From Octopus bimaculoides (lineage: Eukaryota): DNA of 54,644 nucleotides. Position numbers and translations under genes: made by a program. Of this stretch, positions 49,481-54,644 are shown one piece after another; position 1 is the stretch's first letter; the number at the start of each line of letters is the position of its first letter. The stretch lies in the NCBI RefSeq assembly GCF_001194135.2, contig NC_068982.1:69848097-69902740 (forward strand), in the 5' to 3' direction. The notes beneath the pieces are model-generated. The model saw nothing but the letters and a program-made list of their open reading frames with translations, was not told where the DNA came from and ran no database searches.

Positions 49481-52400
49481 GTAAATTTTCTTAAATTTTA
49501 TAGGTCTTATTCTATTATTCTTGTATTGACCTTAGTACGCACTTCAACTGCTTCAAAATAAGCCAATATGTCTTACTGACATGTTTTTTCATCGTTATTT
49601 TATTCAATTTCAATGCTAACGACATATAAGAATTTGTCCACAAATTGGGGGATTTATTTTACTATAAAATTCTTATTATTAATGGTACCTGAGTTTATAA
49701 TCATTTTTTTTTATTGAATCTGCCTACTTTCTCTGATTAATTCTGTCACGCACTAACAGATGGTTTTGGTTGTGGATTCTTGTATTTCACTATTATTATC
49801 ATTACTAGTATTATTTCTTTATTGATACTCATATTGCAATTCATTAAATCAGAGCGATTTAATGTTGTTATATTCTAAAGCTATTTATTTACTTGTTTCT
49901 GATCACCGTAAAAAATGGGTTAGCCTGCTTTTAACTTTAATGACAATAACATGTCAGTTATATGGAATCTGCGCATTTTAAAGAGATACTTTCGACTTCT
50001 AAAGCTACACTGTGTATGTGATTTATTGTACTAACCCATATATATAATTTCGATCATCAAATGATGAACCTTCGATCGTATATTTGTACTTTGATTTCCT
50101 TCTTAAATTCTCGAAACATCTAATTCTAAATTCCATCCGATCCTTTCAGTTAATATAAAAATGAAGAAAAAAAAATTGATAACGCATCGTAGTTATGCTT
50201 TCTTGTTTAACGTAGAACCTAAATCGCTTGTGGGAATTTTAGCATGCCTTCAAAAATGTAATTGGATAGTCTCAGTAAAAGAAGGCGATATTTGAGTATA
50301 ACGTACCAGTTTCACTTTCCCAAACTTCAACTGGTATCAGGTTTGTTTGACGGCCACGGAAGGGTTATTTTTTTCATCTTTATTGATACTATGCTGTGGC
50401 CAGCTCGTTTATCTCAGGAGATATTTTAAGGTTTTGTTGTTTAAGACGGAAGGGTGTGATTCTATCATTTCAGACTGTTTAATAGTTGTTGTTGTTTCCA
50501 TTTAGCTTTCAGTTTGTAAGTACTACTCCCCCTCAGTTATGTTTGCCGACCACTAGTTGTCATCGTTATCTGTTTACTACTACAAGTACCTGACTGTAGA
50601 TAGGCGGATTCTCCTTGGAAATTTCTCTGTATTTCTCCATAGCTGTAGATAATGGTCCTATTATCACGCAGGACATTTCTACAGAAATACCGAACATATT
50701 TATACATTATACGCTATAACGCCATATTGAATGGTGTAGCATTATTATACACTCCCCCTTTAAGGTTTCTGAAGAGACACACACCATGTTTTGAACACAT
50801 TTGGTGCGGTTTCTCAGAAAAAGGGCTCTTAAGAAAAGAAAAGGTTTTGAGATATGTCAAACTAATTGCAAATTGACAAAATATCTTTAAGGTTTGGATG
50901 ACTATCATTGGCAACGCCGTTTACATCATAAAACGGTTTCAATAAGGAAAGTATGTTTGTTTTTGTTTTCTAAGGGCACTTTTTATTGATACAGTTGTTT
51001 GATGCGATTTATTTTGAGGTTTATTTAGTTACGATTAAACGAAAATTACTGAAGAATGCACACTGCACAAGACCAGAACAATTATAGGCGGAGTTTTGGA
51101 ATAGCATTCACTACATGTGGAAGGAAAAGGGCAAGGAAATTGGGTATTTTTCCCCCTTCGTTTTCTTTCTTTCTCCTTTTTTTTCTTTTTAGTATTCTTG
51201 TATTTCATATAACAGGAATTGTGATAGTGAAAGTATTTTTTTCAAAAATTTCAATTTTTTTTTTTACAATTTTGCTCCCTAAATTCGATGCCCTTTTCCT
51301 TCGCCATGAGGTGGTCGCGATAGCTATTCCGAAACTCCGCCCAGTTTATAAACTGATTATGTTGTATAAGGCATGTGTGTTGTTGGATTCAGAGCAGTCC
51401 GATTGTTATCGATGGAATCAATCTAGATTAGATGAATATCTTATGGTGAAAATAGACGAAATATAGTATTTCCACATAAGGTATATCAGAAGCCAGTGGA
51501 GGAGAGACCACCACTTGAAGAAGTGTAACATTGAAGGGCGATATATTGTTCGTAGATCAAATTATACTCTGGAGATTGATGTTTGTATGATGGAAATATA
51601 ATTATTAGTCCATGTATTTGACCACTATATTGTAAACCGCACTAAGGATTTCATAAATCCGGCTAATTGTCCTGCACACAAACACAAGGTTTGGCCTTTA
51701 GGTTTAATGCGAAGAAAAATTGAATTAAATGTATTGGTACCTCTGATGAATAGTTACCTGAAAGAATTAAAGTGTATGCGGCGCATATGAGCATGGTGAT
51801 GGCCAAAGCATTGGAAAATATTGTGACTGCTAATTCTGGAATATGATCCGTAAATTGTTTATTCATTTCATGAATTAGCTGTTCTGCAATATAAAATTAC
51901 TTCGATTTACTGTAAATTACAACGGTCGAGCATTGACCGAAAAATTCCTTTCGTTTGTGTTAATTGCCATAGCGGTATTATTTTCATTTGTTTCTAATTC
52001 ATATTGGTAAAGTATTATTGCGAAACTGGAACGAATGCTGAAGAAGATCGCCGAGACTAGATAGGGAAGTGGCAATTTGCGTGAATAATTTATCTGGTAT
52101 TTTTACCTTTAAAAAAGAAGACTATAAACAAGTCAATTATTTACATATTAGAACTCATAAAAACAAACAAAAAAATATCATAACTATTTCTTACATTGGA
52201 GCCTCCATGTGATTACTCGACATGCTAAAAATAGCAACCAAGTTACAGTACAAAAACAACAAACAAGAACATGTCATTTCAAGACATTCTGATACAATCA
52301 TACACTCCAATAATAACAATACAAAAAAAAAAAAAAATTATGGATTGAACCAGTTTGTGCAATTCATTATTTTGTGCACAAAAAAATGTGGTTTCCTTAG

Positions 52401-52668
52401 AACACAGAAAGCACATGGTTTCAGGTTCAGCCCCATAGCGTGACACCTTGAGCATCTTACTGTAGCGCTATCAACCAAGCCTTGTTAGTAGATTTGGTAG
52501 AGGGAGCCTGGAAAAAGCCTGTCATATATGTGTGTGTATCCTTGTTTTGACACCGTGTGGGTTCAGTCCCACTGCATGGCACCTTGGGCAAGTGTCTTCT
52601 ACTATAGCATCGGGCCAATCAAATCTTTGTGAGTGGATTTGGTCGCCGGAAATTGAAAGAAGCCCATC

Positions 52669-52722
<54 letters not shown>

Positions 52723-54644
52723 ATGTATGTAGTTGTGTACATGTGTTTGTCCCCCCACCATCACTTGACAAGTCTTGGGGGTCAATGTGTTCGACCAAAG
52801 GCGGTGCTCCAGCATGGCTGCCGTCAAATGACTGAAACAAGTAAAAGAGTAATAATCACCATCATGCAAGTAGTGTTCTTCATTTCTAATATGACATGGA
52901 AACATGTTCAGCATGACACCTTTAGCAAATGTTCTGCTACTATAGAACTAGGCCTTGTGAATTGATTTGGTAGATGGAAACTGAAAGAAGCCTATTGTGT
53001 GTGTTTGCATCTCTTTGTCTTAATTTGACATCATAGGGAAATATTGTTTTGTTTGGAAACAGGTGAGGGTTGGTGATAGGACATCCAGCTATAGAAAATC
53101 TACCTCTATGAATTCTGTCTGATCCATGCAAGCATAGAAAAGTGGGGCATTAAAATGATGATATATACCTTCATTTATACACACATAATTTACCACAAAT
53201 ATTTGAATTTTTGAAAACTTCATATAAGTATGTGAAGTAACTGTGATGAACAATATCGAAAAGCTGTTACCATATCATAATTATTTACCAGTAAATATAT
53301 TTACATACAAGTCAATAACTGTAAATAGCTTTTCTTTTTGAGAGTGGTACATTCATTCATTCATTCATTCAAAATAGATTTTTTTGACAGTATGTAATTG
53401 ATGAAATCAAACCATAAAACTGCTTTATTGATTTTAAAATGGAGCATGTGAAAGAGGTAAAACTGAGGAAGCTGGGATGAAGTAGTGAAGATTGATTTTG
53501 AAGAGGTTGCATCTAGTGAAGGAAATGATAAAGGAACAGGTCAGCTGGTTGTACACAGTGCAAGAGAGGACATGCCTACCCATGCAGAAATGGTGAAATA
53601 AAAATTAATAGAAATGGAGGCTGCAGTGCTTTGTATGTGTATGTAGCTCTGTGGTTAAGAAGCTTACTTTGAAAACTGTGGTTTTGGATTCAGTCCCACT
53701 GCACAGCACCTGGGGCAAGTGTCTTCTACCACAGCCCTAGACTGACCAAAGTCTATGAGTGAATTTGATAGACAGACTAGAAATCCATCATACACATATG
53801 TTTGTGACACCTGCCACTGGTTGACAGCTAGTTTTGGTTTGTCTATGTCTCTATAACTTAGTGATCTGACAAAAAAAAAAAGAGCAATAGAATAAGAGCC
53901 AGACTTAAAAATAAGTACTGGGGTCAATTTGTTTGACTAAAACCTTTCAGTGTGGTTCCCTAACATGACTGCCGTCCAATGACTGAAACAAGTCAAGGAT
54001 TAAAGATGTATGTAATGCCTTATGAGTGTAATTCATTGATGGAAACTGTAGAAAACCATTGCATGTATGTGTGTGTTTATCTACATATATACATGAATGT
54101 TGACACTACTGCTTCACTTGTCACTGTCTGAGTGAAATAGCAATGTAATGTTTACTTTTCCTGTTCACATTACAACTAGTTGCTCTGCACTCTTGAAGCC
54201 AGGTAGAATGAAAAAAAACGTCTCTGACATTGTTATTGAGTTAGAGTTGGCAACCAAATGTTATCTGGTCATAAAACTCTGCCTCAAATAACACCCATTT
54301 ATAAATGGACATTTATAACATGAGTGTATGTGTGATCATCATCTTTTAACACCTACTTTCCCATGCTTGCATGGGTCAGACAGATTTTGTTAAGATAGAT
54401 TGTTTATGGCTACGTGCTCCCTCCTGTCACCAACCCTCGCCTGTTTCCAAGTAAGATAGTATTTCCCCATAGCTAGATAGGTTTTCCATACAAGACTGGA
54501 AACTAACAATCTCGCTTGTATGGTGCTGATGCTTATTTACAACCATCACAAAATGTTCAGACAAGGGTACATTCATACACGCATGCAACATGTGTGTGTG
54601 CGTGCACACCTTTATATGTCTGTGTGTGTGTGTATATATATATA

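Noticed and set aside
51056-51466. 136-aa hydrophobic ORF in the TOM1 first intron
   Set aside because: The hydrophobicity comes from T-rich low-complexity sequence; no recognisable domain or splice context.
49481-54644. TOM1 exon 2 (expected ATDGSL..EDW..NMEICD)
   Set aside because: Not found on the plus strand; presumably beyond the window end.

Overview
AT-rich, microsatellite- and SINE-dense animal genomic DNA with four N gaps (4657-4799, 16111-16510, 30876-31595, 37125-37757). The repeat content looks like an octopus/coleoid cephalopod (inference). The minus strand carries most of DRC3/LRRC48 (dynein regulatory complex subunit 3). I can delimit seven coding exons with consistent phases (44250-44091, 36492-36376, 33927-33761, 28769-28650, 20810-20698, 18131-17957, 9930-9799) and a probable non-coding first exon ending at 49108. 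One internal exon is not visible (probably in the 30.9-31.6 kb gap), and the last exons appear to lie left of the window. About 315 bp from that first-exon donor, on the plus strand, is the first coding exon of a TOM1/TOM1L2 gene (49423-49480). This is the same head-to-head TOM1L2-DRC3 pairing found in human 17p11.2. The most unusual feature is DRC3 intron 20697-18132. It has a minor-spliceosome (U12) 5' site (ATATCCAT) and branch point (TTTCCTTAAC), and the only frame-preserving junction I found gives rare AT-AT termini. The rest is transposon debris (Tx1/L1, R4/Dong-like, CR1/L2, RTE, Tc1/mariner, hAT and pogo-like elements, several SINE families), plus several intronic hairpins and local duplications. 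All family assignments come from recalled motifs, not database searches.
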